Positions 8,533 to 16,788 of a stretch of 33,387 nt of DNA are shown in pieces. The number at the start of each line of letters is the position of its first letter. Positions within the stretch are counted from its first letter, which is position 1. This stretch comes from a bacterium (GTDB lineage: Bacteria > Auribacterota > UBA3054 > JAPLST01), in NCBI GenBank assembly GCA_026398485.1, contig JAPLST010000317.1, forward strand, positions 1 through 33,387, written 5' to 3'. The position numbers and the translations under genes are program-made. Below the pieces are notes generated by a model, which worked only from the letters and a program-made list of their open reading frames with translations, had not been told where the DNA came from and did no database searches.

Positions 8533-9188
8533 CGGCGGGCTCCCGTCATCTGTGACATCAACGCTTTGACGACATCCCAGACCGTGTTGCGCATGACGCC
8601 TTGAATCTCGCGCCATTTGTTGCGGGCCGTGTCGGTCAGGAAGCCGCAGCGATCGTTGCGCGGAATGTCCACCGAGCGCTTGAGCAGGTAATGCACGACC
8701 ACTTCTTTGCCGGCGGCGCGATCGCGCAAGTCTTGTTTTGACCACGCACCCACTGGGCGGCTCTTCGCACCATTAACCATCCAGCCACGCAATCCGCGTT
8801 GTTCGGCATCCTGCGCATGCAGCTTGTGCTTGTTGGCCAGGGCGTGGATCGGCACGAACATGAACGATCCGCCCGATCGGTTGGTCAGGCCGTTGTAGCC
8901 GTGGCGGTTTTCGTGTACGGCGGCCGCGTGCGGCACGCCGCTGGCGCTGGTGTCCAGATAGACCAGTGACCGCATGGTTTGCGCCGTGGCGGACTCGACC
9001 TTGATGGATTGCCACAGGCGCTTGCCTTCGCGGTGCGCCCCCTTCTTTGTTTCGGCGGCCTTGACCGAAAGGTTGCGCAGGTGCCACGCGCCATCGTTCA
9101 ACGCGCGCACCGACGCCGCTTTCAGCGTCCGGTTAATCCGCGCGGAGATCGCCTCGGCTTGCGCCGTTATGCTCAGTCCTTGTGCCAT
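8529..9188 (-). CDS. structural-module protein, possibly a head-closure/HK97 gp10-like adaptor
   Basis: 219-aa ORF that follows the MuF gene after a 130-nt gap. Only loose pattern similarity to gp10-type proteins. Confidence 0.35.
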   Translation of the reverse strand: MAQGLSITAQAEAISARINRTLKAASVRALNDGAWHLRNLSVKAAETKKGAHREGKRLWQSIKVESATAQTMRSLVYLDTSASGVPHAAAVHENRHGYNGLTNRSGGSFMFVPIHALANKHKLHAQDAEQRGLRGWMVNGAKSRPVGAWSKQDLRDRAAGKEVVVHYLLKRSVDIPRNDRCGFLTDTARNKWREIQGVMRNTVWDVVKALMSQMTGARR

Positions 9189-9318
9189 TGACTTCCGTTT
9201 TCCATTGTGGTATACTGTGTTAGCGCTTTGGTGCGTTCTTCAGTTAATCCCTGCCGGGAGCTTCCTCGCTTTATGCCGGGCAGGCCGCTTGGGATGGCGG
9301 CAGCACACCAAGGCGCTT

Positions 9319-10773
9319 TCAAATTGGTTCATAACGGCTTTCCTTTATTTCTTTTGCCTTTCTCTTTAAATAAGTTACAATTTGCCCGCGGGAGAAGGCC
9401 ATCAGATATACATGTTTCTGACTCGCCGGGCTGATTGCCACAATCGTGCCACGCAATTTGTCACGATACAATCTACCTGAAATTGCTGTTGCAGAAAGGT
9501 TGTTGAGACTGTTGATGCTCACCTCATCGTGTGAGGCGATGTGCCCCAACACGTCCGGCATGGCAAACAAATCACTACCGGCAACCCCAAGCTGTTTCGC
9601 ACGGTCCTGATTAAGACGTCCAACATACACCCGCGCAGCATACTTTTCCAATTCCTTTTTCATGTTAGAATATGTTTCTGACAATGGCTCCTCAGCCATT
9701 GCCGTACTAAAATCACGATGCGGTTTGCTCATTGCAGTTAAGACTGGTTTAAGCATCGATCCGGCCACTTCACTACCACCGGCAATCCGTTCCAGTTCTT
9801 CCACTGACACAATGTTGGCGTTCATCCACGGCGGCGTCTGCTCGCGATACGTCTTGATCTTCTGGCGCATCTTCTCGGTCGCCTCGGTCGCGCGATACTT
9901 GCGCTCCTCATCCGTCCGCGCGCTGCCGATCACCGGCAGCAGCATGTGACTGCAGCGCGGGTGAAACGGAGGGCCGCCATCAATCCCGCTTCCGGGACAG
10001 GTTGAAAGAGCCGGGTAATTGGGATCCGTGCCGCTCTTGCTCCAGATCGTGCCCTCGAACGGCTTGCACACTTCCGCCGTCGTGTTGTGGTCATCCACCT
10101 GGAACAGATCGTAGCCGTCCTGGGCGGCCTGATTTACCACCGCCGCGTTGCCCAACTGCGTCACCCGGTGCTGGGCAACCAGGTCGCTGTACGATGCCAG
10201 GTTGTAGTTGCGGCCGTTGATCTGGATCAGCTTGCCGGTCACCGCGTTGGCCCACGGCGCCGCGGGGTCGAATCCGCCTGTCTGGTTCAGCCCGTCGAAT
10301 ATCTCGCGCGCGAGGTCATCGGTCGAGCCGCCACGCAGCGTGTAGCGCGTGTAGGCCTTCTCCAGCACCAGCCGCTGCTCGCGGCCGAGATTCATAGAGC
10401 CAACGACTCGTTTGGCCGTCTTGCCGGCCCGCTCAAAGCCCGCCGTCAACTCGCTTTCCAGCACAATCTGCTGCTGCTGGATCGTCAGGATGTCCAACTC
10501 GCCCGGCACGTTGCGCGCCATGCCCGAAAACTGCGTGGCTTTCGCCAGGGCGTCGTCATACGCCGCCGGCATCACTGCCTGAACACGTTTGTACACGTCC
10601 GGGTAGTACTTTTGCAGCGTCGCGTCAACACGCTGGAAGTGTTGCTCCAGGTGCCGCAGCCGATAGGGAGCCTCGGTGATGTATGCTTCAGCATGCACTA
10701 CTTCCGCCGCCAACTCGCGCGTCAGATCAACGAAGATCTGCGTCAGCGCTTCCTTGGCGGCATCCGCGCGCAT
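9319..10773 (-). CDS. MuF/SPP1 gp7-family minor head protein with a ~190-aa C-terminal extension
   Basis: MuF signature ...AEVCKPFEGTIWSKSG...GGPPFHPRCSHMLLPV. The C-terminal extension is encoded by lower-GC DNA (9319-9900) and contains LGHIASHDEVSINSLNNL.... Confidence 0.8.
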   Translation of the reverse strand: MRADAAKEALTQIFVDLTRELAAEVVHAEAYITEAPYRLRHLEQHFQRVDATLQKYYPDVYKRVQAVMPAAYDDALAKATQFSGMARNVPGELDILTIQQQQIVLESELTAGFERAGKTAKRVVGSMNLGREQRLVLEKAYTRYTLRGGSTDDLAREIFDGLNQTGGFDPAAPWANAVTGKLIQINGRNYNLASYSDLVAQHRVTQLGNAAVVNQAAQDGYDLFQVDDHNTTAEVCKPFEGTIWSKSGTDPNYPALSTCPGSGIDGGPPFHPRCSHMLLPVIGSARTDEERKYRATEATEKMRQKIKTYREQTPPWMNANIVSVEELERIAGGSEVAGSMLKPVLTAMSKPHRDFSTAMAEEPLSETYSNMKKELEKYAARVYVGRLNQDRAKQLGVAGSDLFAMPDVLGHIASHDEVSINSLNNLSATAISGRLYRDKLRGTIVAISPASQKHVYLMAFSRGQIVTYLKRKAKEIKESRYEPI

Positions 10774-10805
10774 TATTTCAAAAGAGCCATGCGCCGCACG
10801 GCGCG

Positions 10806-10961
10806 TTACTTGCCGGCCTTCGGCCCGGCCTTCGGTTCAACGATCTCAGGAACTACCTTGCCCTCGCTGACCTTGATCGCGGACTCGCGCAAGCGCGCGG
10901 CGTCAGCAGCCTTGACCGGCACCTCAACGCCGTTCGGATATTTCAGGTATGCAATCGCCAT
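10806..10961 (-). CDS. small protein downstream of the capsid gene (51 aa)
   Basis: My translation gives MAIAYLKYPNGVEVPVKAADAARLRESAIKVSEGKVV.... GGAG lies 6 nt upstream of the ATG at 10961. Too short for the ORF track. Confidence 0.4.
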   Translation of the reverse strand: MAIAYLKYPNGVEVPVKAADAARLRESAIKVSEGKVVPEIVEPKAGPKAGK

Positions 10962-11026
10962 GACTGGCTCCTATGCTGTGAAAGCGGGGCTGGTTGCCCA
11001 GCCCTGCTGATTATTCTCTCAAATGC

Positions 11027-11902
11027 TTAGCACTGAATCGCAACGCAGAGCTGCTCTTCCTGCACTTCCACGTCATACTGCACGTCGATCAGGAACTCTT
11101 GACCGAGGCCGTCGGCGGTTGCATGCTGCACGATGCGGAAGGTGATCTTCGTTTCGGGGTCGTAATACGCTTTGACAAACCGGCCAGCGCCGGCTTCAAC
11201 GCCGCTCAGATCGCCGAAGGCAATGCCGCACCACTCGCGCTGAAACGCCAGGCACACATATTGCCCGGCAAGCGGCTGGTAGATCTGGTTGCTACGGCCA
11301 ACGGCCTCGAACTCCAGAGCGTTCGGCACGAACGAGCCGATTTGCGCTTGACCGCCCTGCCAATACTGGAACAGCTTCTGGATTTCATCGTCCATCTTCA
11401 TCGCGCGTTTCACGCTCGGATGTACCACCAGCGTTTGCGCGATAGCGTTTTGCAGTTCCAGCTTCTCGATGGCTTGCGTCAACAACAACCGCGAAATGCC
11501 ACCACCCAGTGCGCCAATGCGATAGGTCAGCACTTCGCTCTGCTTTTCAGCAACCGCCGACTCGATGTCGTTCACCAACGCCACCAGCTTGGTGGGGATG
11601 CGCTGCTCTGCCATCGTGCGCACACTGGTGACGCTCATCTCGCCGTCTTCCTGATAGAAGCGCGCGACTTTGTGCGTCGCCGGCGTCAGCGTCACTTTCT
11701 GCGACGTGCTGTCAGTCAGGCCAACAAGCTGCGTTCCTTCAGTCTTGGTCTCGGCGCTGCCAACAACATCGCGCGTCCAGCGCGCGCTGCCTTTCACCGA
11801 GCCGTGATTGTAGATGCGCGCCGCCAACGCAAACTTGTTGCGCAGCACGGGCATGTGCCCACTCAGCACTTCCAACACATACGGGGTATAATCGTTCGCC
11901 AT
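11027..11902 (-). CDS. major capsid protein (HK97-fold type, 291 aa)
   Basis: Size and position directly after the scaffold-like genes. Clean high-GC3 ORF. Confidence 0.65.
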   Translation of the reverse strand: MANDYTPYVLEVLSGHMPVLRNKFALAARIYNHGSVKGSARWTRDVVGSAETKTEGTQLVGLTDSTSQKVTLTPATHKVARFYQEDGEMSVTSVRTMAEQRIPTKLVALVNDIESAVAEKQSEVLTYRIGALGGGISRLLLTQAIEKLELQNAIAQTLVVHPSVKRAMKMDDEIQKLFQYWQGGQAQIGSFVPNALEFEAVGRSNQIYQPLAGQYVCLAFQREWCGIAFGDLSGVEAGAGRFVKAYYDPETKITFRIVQHATADGLGQEFLIDVQYDVEVQEEQLCVAIQC

Positions 11903-11923
11903 GTCAGTCTCCTTTGTCCAAGG

Positions 11924-12244
11924 TTAAGATTTCCACGGATCAAACGTCCGCGGGCTGTTATCCGCCTTGGTGGTTACATGCTGCTGCCCTGCGGCCGGCA
12001 CGACCACGGTGTTTCCGTCGCCGCCCGCCTTCGGTGTCAACAGCCCTAATGCTTCGTACTCGTCCAACTTGGCAAGATTGGCCTCCATGTCGGCCAGGCT
12101 AAGCTCCTTGCCGTCGCCGGCGTTCTTGAACTGCGCCTTCACCTTGTCATCACACTGATCGACAAGTTTGATGCGCCGCTCATGGGCGGTTTTGACGCGG
12201 GTCGTATAGCGGTCCTGATAGGGCTTCAACTTCCCTTGGGGCAT
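11924..12244 (-). CDS. scaffold-like protein, distal part (frame-separated from 12180-12605)
   Basis: MPQGKLKPYQDRYTTRVKTAHERRIKLVDQ... is charged and helical. It repeats the peptide KPYQ(E/D)RYTTR found at the end of the upstream ORF. Confidence 0.5.
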   Translation of the reverse strand: MPQGKLKPYQDRYTTRVKTAHERRIKLVDQCDDKVKAQFKNAGDGKELSLADMEANLAKLDEYEALGLLTPKAGGDGNTVVVPAAGQQHVTTKADNSPRTFDPWKS

Positions 12245-12605
12245 GACCAAAACGGGTCGTATAGCGCTCCTGATAGGGCTTCACGGCGGCCAACTCGGCG
12301 TCGCGTTCCTGCAGAAGCTTCTCGTGTTCACCGCGTTTTTTTGCTTCTTCATCGTCGGCCTTCTTTTTCTCATCTGTGCGGCGTCGCTCTCCGTCCTCAA
12401 GCTGGCCAATACGCCCCGTCAGGCGTTCGTAGTCCTTCTTGGAGACCATGATGGTTTCGGCGTCGCCAGACTTATCGCCGGCAGCAGGTTCGGACGGCGT
12501 CTTCGCGGCGCCGCTCGCCCCACCGTCTTGGCTCCCGCTTGCCGCGCCACCGCCATCGGCGAAGCACAGCATCCACGGAAACATCAAGCGCATCAGGCTG
12601 TTCAT
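12180..12605 (-). CDS. scaffold-like protein, proximal part
   Basis: Highly charged coiled-coil-like sequence (DEKKKADDEEAKKRGEHEKLLQERDAELAA). The last 22 codons read out of frame through the second copy of a 55-bp duplication. Confidence 0.5.
   Translation of the reverse strand: MNSLMRLMFPWMLCFADGGGAASGSQDGGASGAAKTPSEPAAGDKSGDAETIMVSKKDYERLTGRIGQLEDGERRRTDEKKKADDEEAKKRGEHEKLLQERDAELAAVKPYQERYTTRFGHAPREVEALSGPLYDPRQNRP
12198..12283. repeat. 55-bp-offset direct duplication (31-nt cores 12198-12228 and 12253-12283, 30/31 identical)
   Basis: cgggtcgtatagcg[g/c]tcctgatagggcttca occurs twice, 55 nt apart (not a multiple of 3). Confidence 0.85.
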
Positions 12606-12634
12606 CTCACTTCTCGGTTGTGCCCTCGCGGGCG

Positions 12635-13027
12635 TTATTCAAACGTCAACGTCGCCAAGTTGTTGGCGGTGTTCGTGGTCTTGATCGTCAAAATACCACT
12701 GGTCGGATAGGCCATCTTCAGGATGTTGGTCGCAGCCGCGCCGGTCAAGCGCGTCCACAAATCGCCCGTGACGTTGGTCACGCTGCCGAAGTTGACCGAC
12801 GGTGTTTTTGGTGACTTGACGAAGAACTCCCCGGACAAACACCAGATGTACACGTAGGTGCAACTCACCGGCTGCGACAGGTACACGTCGCGCGTTGCCC
12901 AGTTGCTCACCGGCAAAGCGGTGAAGCTGGTCGCGCTCAGGGTGTTGGTCACCCACGAACCGGCGCCATATACGGCGGGCGCCATCAGCGCCATCAGCAA
13001 GGCAAACACTACAATCAAGGTCTTCAT
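12635..13027 (-). CDS. secreted small protein (130 aa) inside the head module
   Basis: Signal peptide MKTLIVVFALLMALMAPAVYGA followed by a T/S/N-rich sequence. It is preceded by a 105-nt intergenic region, unlike the coupled neighbouring genes. Confidence 0.6.
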   Translation of the reverse strand: MKTLIVVFALLMALMAPAVYGAGSWVTNTLSATSFTALPVSNWATRDVYLSQPVSCTYVYIWCLSGEFFVKSPKTPSVNFGSVTNVTGDLWTRLTGAAATNILKMAYPTSGILTIKTTNTANNLATLTFE

Positions 13028-13132
13028 GTCGTTACCCTTTGGGTTGTTACGTTACCGGCCCGCCGCCTGGCACGCCGGATGATCGTGGCCACAATCATAG
13101 CCAGTAGCTTTAACCTGTTTTAGCCATACAGG

Positions 13133-13375
13133 TTAAAATTGCTCTTTGCGGCGAATTGCGTATACATGCTTGACCGTGCACCCCAGATGGTGCGCGATCC
13201 GCTTCACATCGTAGCCGGCCCGCAGATAGCCCACAATGCGCACTGAAATCGGCAGCCCCAGTCGTTTGTGCGGGAACCACACCCGGTCGCCGCACAGCCG
13301 CGCGCAGATGCGCCGAAACGCCTCCGCGCCAGCCTCCTCCAGGATCACCGCCAACGCGTCCGAGTTTTCACTCAT
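13133..13375 (-). CDS. Mor/C-family-like transcriptional activator (80 aa)
   Basis: ICARLCGDRVWFPHKRLG...RIVGYLRAGYDVKRIAHHLGCTVKHVYAIRRK follows the remembered Mu Mor pattern (IC..LGG..VYIP...G...A...G.....VY.IRR). ATGA overlap with the portal stop. Confidence 0.55.
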   Translation of the reverse strand: MSENSDALAVILEEAGAEAFRRICARLCGDRVWFPHKRLGLPISVRIVGYLRAGYDVKRIAHHLGCTVKHVYAIRRKEQF

Positions 13376-14853
13376 GCAGGCGCGGCGGCCCCCGCTTTCG
13401 GCCACGACTGCAGGCCCAGCCCGCTGGCTTCTTCCTGCCCGGCCTTGGCCGCGATCTCGGCGGCGTCGCCGGCAATGCCCAGCGCTTTGATCGCCTCGCC
13501 CGTGTAGGTCTCACGATCCAACCCGCCAGCATTCTTGACCCCCGTCAGCGTCGTCACAATCTCGGCCACGTCTTCCGGCAGCACGTCGTCACATTCAATC
13601 GACAGCGTGCTCATGTCCGCGTCCAGCATGCGCTCCTTGTAGCCCGCCGCATCATTCGCGCGCCACACGTCCGCCACAAGCCCCAGCACGCGCTGCCAGT
13701 ATTGCATCCGCTCCTCGCGCCGATTCAGAACCTTGGTGCGGCCCGGCTGGTACATCAGGCGCACCTCACGGTCGCGCCGGTTGCTCACATCGCCCACGTC
13801 GCCCAACATGGCCTTGCACAGCCCGATCGTGCGCAGAATGTCGCCCCAGACGGCCTGCTGCTCATCGTGAGTCGCCTTCAACATGTTCGAGAAGTCAGGT
13901 ATGGTCATGCCGCCAGTGGCGCCGACATAATAGATGCTGTTAGGCGCATACTTGATCGAAGGCCGATTCTGCTTGTCCAAGGGCGGGCCGTCGCCCCACG
14001 TCACCATTGGCGGCTGCAAGAAGCGCGCGCCCTTGCGCCGGTCGGTCATCAGCTCATTGAACATGTCCACCAATCCCAGCGCTTGCCAAAAATCGCTCGT
14101 GCCCCAGCCGTCCATGTCGGTCTCGCCATTGGGAATATGCACCAACGGCAGCCGATCTATGCCCAGCGGCGAGAACACGCCTGGCGAAAGGCGATCCTGC
14201 AACTCGCGTTCATTGCCCGCCGCGGTGCGCTCGTTCAGATCAACCCAGCCGCTGCGCACGCCGGCCATTGTCCGGCCCGTCACGCGCACCTTGTTTTCTT
14301 CGATGACTTTGCCCTCGCTGCCCACGGTGTAATGCTCGACAAACAGCTTGTTGCGCCACTTGGCTTCCGGACGTCCCCAGAACAGTAGTGCGCTGGCGTC
14401 GCCCAGCGGCAGGTACATGCCCGGCAGGTAGGCTTCCACTTGCGGCTCGCGCCGCAGCGCGTTCCAGCGCACCAGCACAACCGCGTCGCCCGTCGCATTG
14501 CATGTCCGCTCGGCCTGGCGTAGCGAGACCAGCGTCTTGGAGCGCAGTAGCCAAGTCTGCACCGTCTTGGCCATGTCCTCATCCTCGCCGGACAAGCGGA
14601 AGCCGAGCAGCGTCAAGCCGGCCAGCGCATCTGCCAGCATGTACACCGGCGCCGTGTCCACCCAGTTTTCTTCAAGGCTTTCGGTCATGTGTTCCGGCTG
14701 GTAACACTCAAAGGACGCGCCGGCCATGTATTTGCACAGCACGTCGGCGCACTGCATCCGCCGCTTGTGCTCTTCCGGGATGTACCCGGCCACAGTCGGC
14801 ACTGTCCGCTCGTCCATCACCGCGCCGCGCCAGTCAGCATAGGTCTGCATCAT
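13372..14853 (-). CDS. portal protein
   Basis: 493-aa ORF immediately after TerL, with AGGAG upstream of the ATG at 14853. The call rests on position and size. Confidence 0.75.
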   Translation of the reverse strand: MMQTYADWRGAVMDERTVPTVAGYIPEEHKRRMQCADVLCKYMAGASFECYQPEHMTESLEENWVDTAPVYMLADALAGLTLLGFRLSGEDEDMAKTVQTWLLRSKTLVSLRQAERTCNATGDAVVLVRWNALRREPQVEAYLPGMYLPLGDASALLFWGRPEAKWRNKLFVEHYTVGSEGKVIEENKVRVTGRTMAGVRSGWVDLNERTAAGNERELQDRLSPGVFSPLGIDRLPLVHIPNGETDMDGWGTSDFWQALGLVDMFNELMTDRRKGARFLQPPMVTWGDGPPLDKQNRPSIKYAPNSIYYVGATGGMTIPDFSNMLKATHDEQQAVWGDILRTIGLCKAMLGDVGDVSNRRDREVRLMYQPGRTKVLNRREERMQYWQRVLGLVADVWRANDAAGYKERMLDADMSTLSIECDDVLPEDVAEIVTTLTGVKNAGGLDRETYTGEAIKALGIAGDAAEIAAKAGQEEASGLGLQSWPKAGAAAPA

Positions 14854-14854
14854 G

Positions 14855-16138
14855 TCACCATCTCCTGTTGTTGAAACTGTCAACGTCCATCACGGCATAC
14901 CGCGTTGTGTCCATGCCGTGATCGTCCACTTTAATCGGTTCCTCTTTCGCCGCCCGGCCGTCTTTTGGCGGCTGCCACTGGTAACTGTCAAATTCTTCTT
15001 CGGTGCAGGTCGGCTTCTTGTCCTCGCGCAGGCGCGGATCAACTTCGGCCCGGGCGTCCGCCACGAAGAAGATGCGCGGCTTGCCGTCGCCCGCCTTCCG
15101 CAAACGCAATGTCACCGCGTCTATGCCAGGCCGCACATCCTTGCGCGCGCGCCGCGTGTAGATCCCAATGTGCGGCTTGGCCAGCGTCGCCCGATCTTCC
15201 GCGTCATGGTCAGCAACCCATTCGCTGATGCGATACTCAGCCTCCCACTTCTTCAACTGCCTGGCGTGATCCTCAACCGTCCGGCAGGTGTAATATATCT
15301 CCCGCATGCGGTACATCCGCCCATCGTGGTCAACGCCCCACAACTGCGCCACGAATGGATTGGTGTAGCCAAAGTCGATCGCGCCAAAATGGAAGCCGCA
15401 CGAGGGCACCTGGGCGCGTGGGATGACATGCACGGCAATGTCGAACTCAGGATACACCAACCCTTCGGCGCTGGCCCATACGCCCTTGGCCAGGCGCAAC
15501 AGGCGATGGCCTGAAAGCCGGTTCAACTTCTCGATGTACTGTGCGCCAATCTCAGTAAACAGGCCCCGATCGCTGTCGTACAGCAGGGGATTGTCTTCGT
15601 GCCGCGACGGGAAGCGCGTCATGCTTCCCTTGTTGGCTCGCTCGATGATCCAATGCCGCGGCCCGGACGGGTTGCAGTCAAGGATGATCTGCTGATACGG
15701 CATCATGTGGTTGCGCAGGCGCGTCGTCAGCGTCTCGCAATCATTCTCGCTGATTTCGGTCGCCTCAAAGCAGATGATCAGATCGTAGTCGGTGGACATG
15801 ATCCGATCCACGTTGTCAAGGCCGCCCAATACCAACGTGCTGCCATTCGGATGGCGATAGCTCGCCCGATTGTCCCGCTTCACGTTCCCGATCAGCGGAT
15901 GGCCCGCACCAAGGATCTTGTCTTCCAGCGTCACCAGCACCGATTGGGTCATGCTCGCCCGCGTCTTGCGCACCAACAGTATGCGCGCGCCGGGATACTT
16001 CTCCATCACCGCCAGCGCCTTCAGCAGCATCGCCGTCGTCTTGCCCGTGCCGGCCGGCCCGTCAATCAGGATTTCGTCATCCTTGCAGTGCCAGGCCTTC
16101 TCAGCCGCACCCCGTATTTCGCCCCAGACCGTCTTCAT
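14855..16138 (-). CDS. terL: terminase large subunit
   Basis: Walker A DGPAGTGKT and Walker B-like YDLIICFEATE, with a C-terminal nuclease-sized region. ATGA overlap with TerS. Confidence 0.9.
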   Translation of the reverse strand: MKTVWGEIRGAAEKAWHCKDDEILIDGPAGTGKTTAMLLKALAVMEKYPGARILLVRKTRASMTQSVLVTLEDKILGAGHPLIGNVKRDNRASYRHPNGSTLVLGGLDNVDRIMSTDYDLIICFEATEISENDCETLTTRLRNHMMPYQQIILDCNPSGPRHWIIERANKGSMTRFPSRHEDNPLLYDSDRGLFTEIGAQYIEKLNRLSGHRLLRLAKGVWASAEGLVYPEFDIAVHVIPRAQVPSCGFHFGAIDFGYTNPFVAQLWGVDHDGRMYRMREIYYTCRTVEDHARQLKKWEAEYRISEWVADHDAEDRATLAKPHIGIYTRRARKDVRPGIDAVTLRLRKAGDGKPRIFFVADARAEVDPRLREDKKPTCTEEEFDSYQWQPPKDGRAAKEEPIKVDDHGMDTTRYAVMDVDSFNNRRW

Positions 16139-16788
16139 ACTCCGGCCAGATTGTCCGCCGTAAACAGTTTGCTGCGGTTGCCACCCGCTTCCCCACGCTC
16201 CTTGTCCAGCAGCCCGGCCAACTTGGCCCGCATCTCCAACGCGCCCAGCCGATCCCGCAACTCGATCTCGCGCACCACGTACTGCACCCCTTCCTCGCCG
16301 CGGCCTTCTACCTCTGTCCGCGTCTTGATCTTCTTGATCAGGCTCGTGTCAACCCCGAGCTCGCGCAACTCAGCCAGCGTCTTGCCGCGGTGCAGCAGGT
16401 CAAAGTCCGCCAGGTCTACCCGGAACGCCATGCGCGCCACCTCTTGCATGATCCGCTCGCGGCTGATGCCGCTCTCGTCCATCAACTCGCGCACCGCCGC
16501 CGCAATGTCAGGTTTTGTCAGGTTTTCGTTGCCAATGCTTCTGGCCGTTTTTGCCGAGTAACCCGCGGCGATCGCGGCCCGCGTCGCATTGAAATCCCGC
16601 AGGTATTCCCGCACAAACGCCTGCTGCCGCACATGCAGCAGGTCAAACGCACGCGCGTTTACGATCGGCGTGGCCACCGCCGCCACAGATGCCAGCTTCT
16701 TTCGCTTGCGGCACGCCTTCTTTTCCGGACGCGCCCCACTGACGCACCGCTTGCCGGCGCACTTAGCCACTTTCTTGCTCGTCTTCAT
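16135..16788 (-). CDS. terS: terminase small subunit (Terminase_2-like)
   Basis: QQAFVREYLRDFNATRAAIAAGYSAKTARSIGNENLTKPDIAAAV is the typical small-terminase HTH signature. The internal ATG at 16788 gives an ATGA overlap with the upstream stop. Confidence 0.85.
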   Translation of the reverse strand: MKTSKKVAKCAGKRCVSGARPEKKACRKRKKLASVAAVATPIVNARAFDLLHVRQQAFVREYLRDFNATRAAIAAGYSAKTARSIGNENLTKPDIAAAVRELMDESGISRERIMQEVARMAFRVDLADFDLLHRGKTLAELRELGVDTSLIKKIKTRTEVEGRGEEGVQYVVREIELRDRLGALEMRAKLAGLLDKERGEAGGNRSKLFTADNLAGV

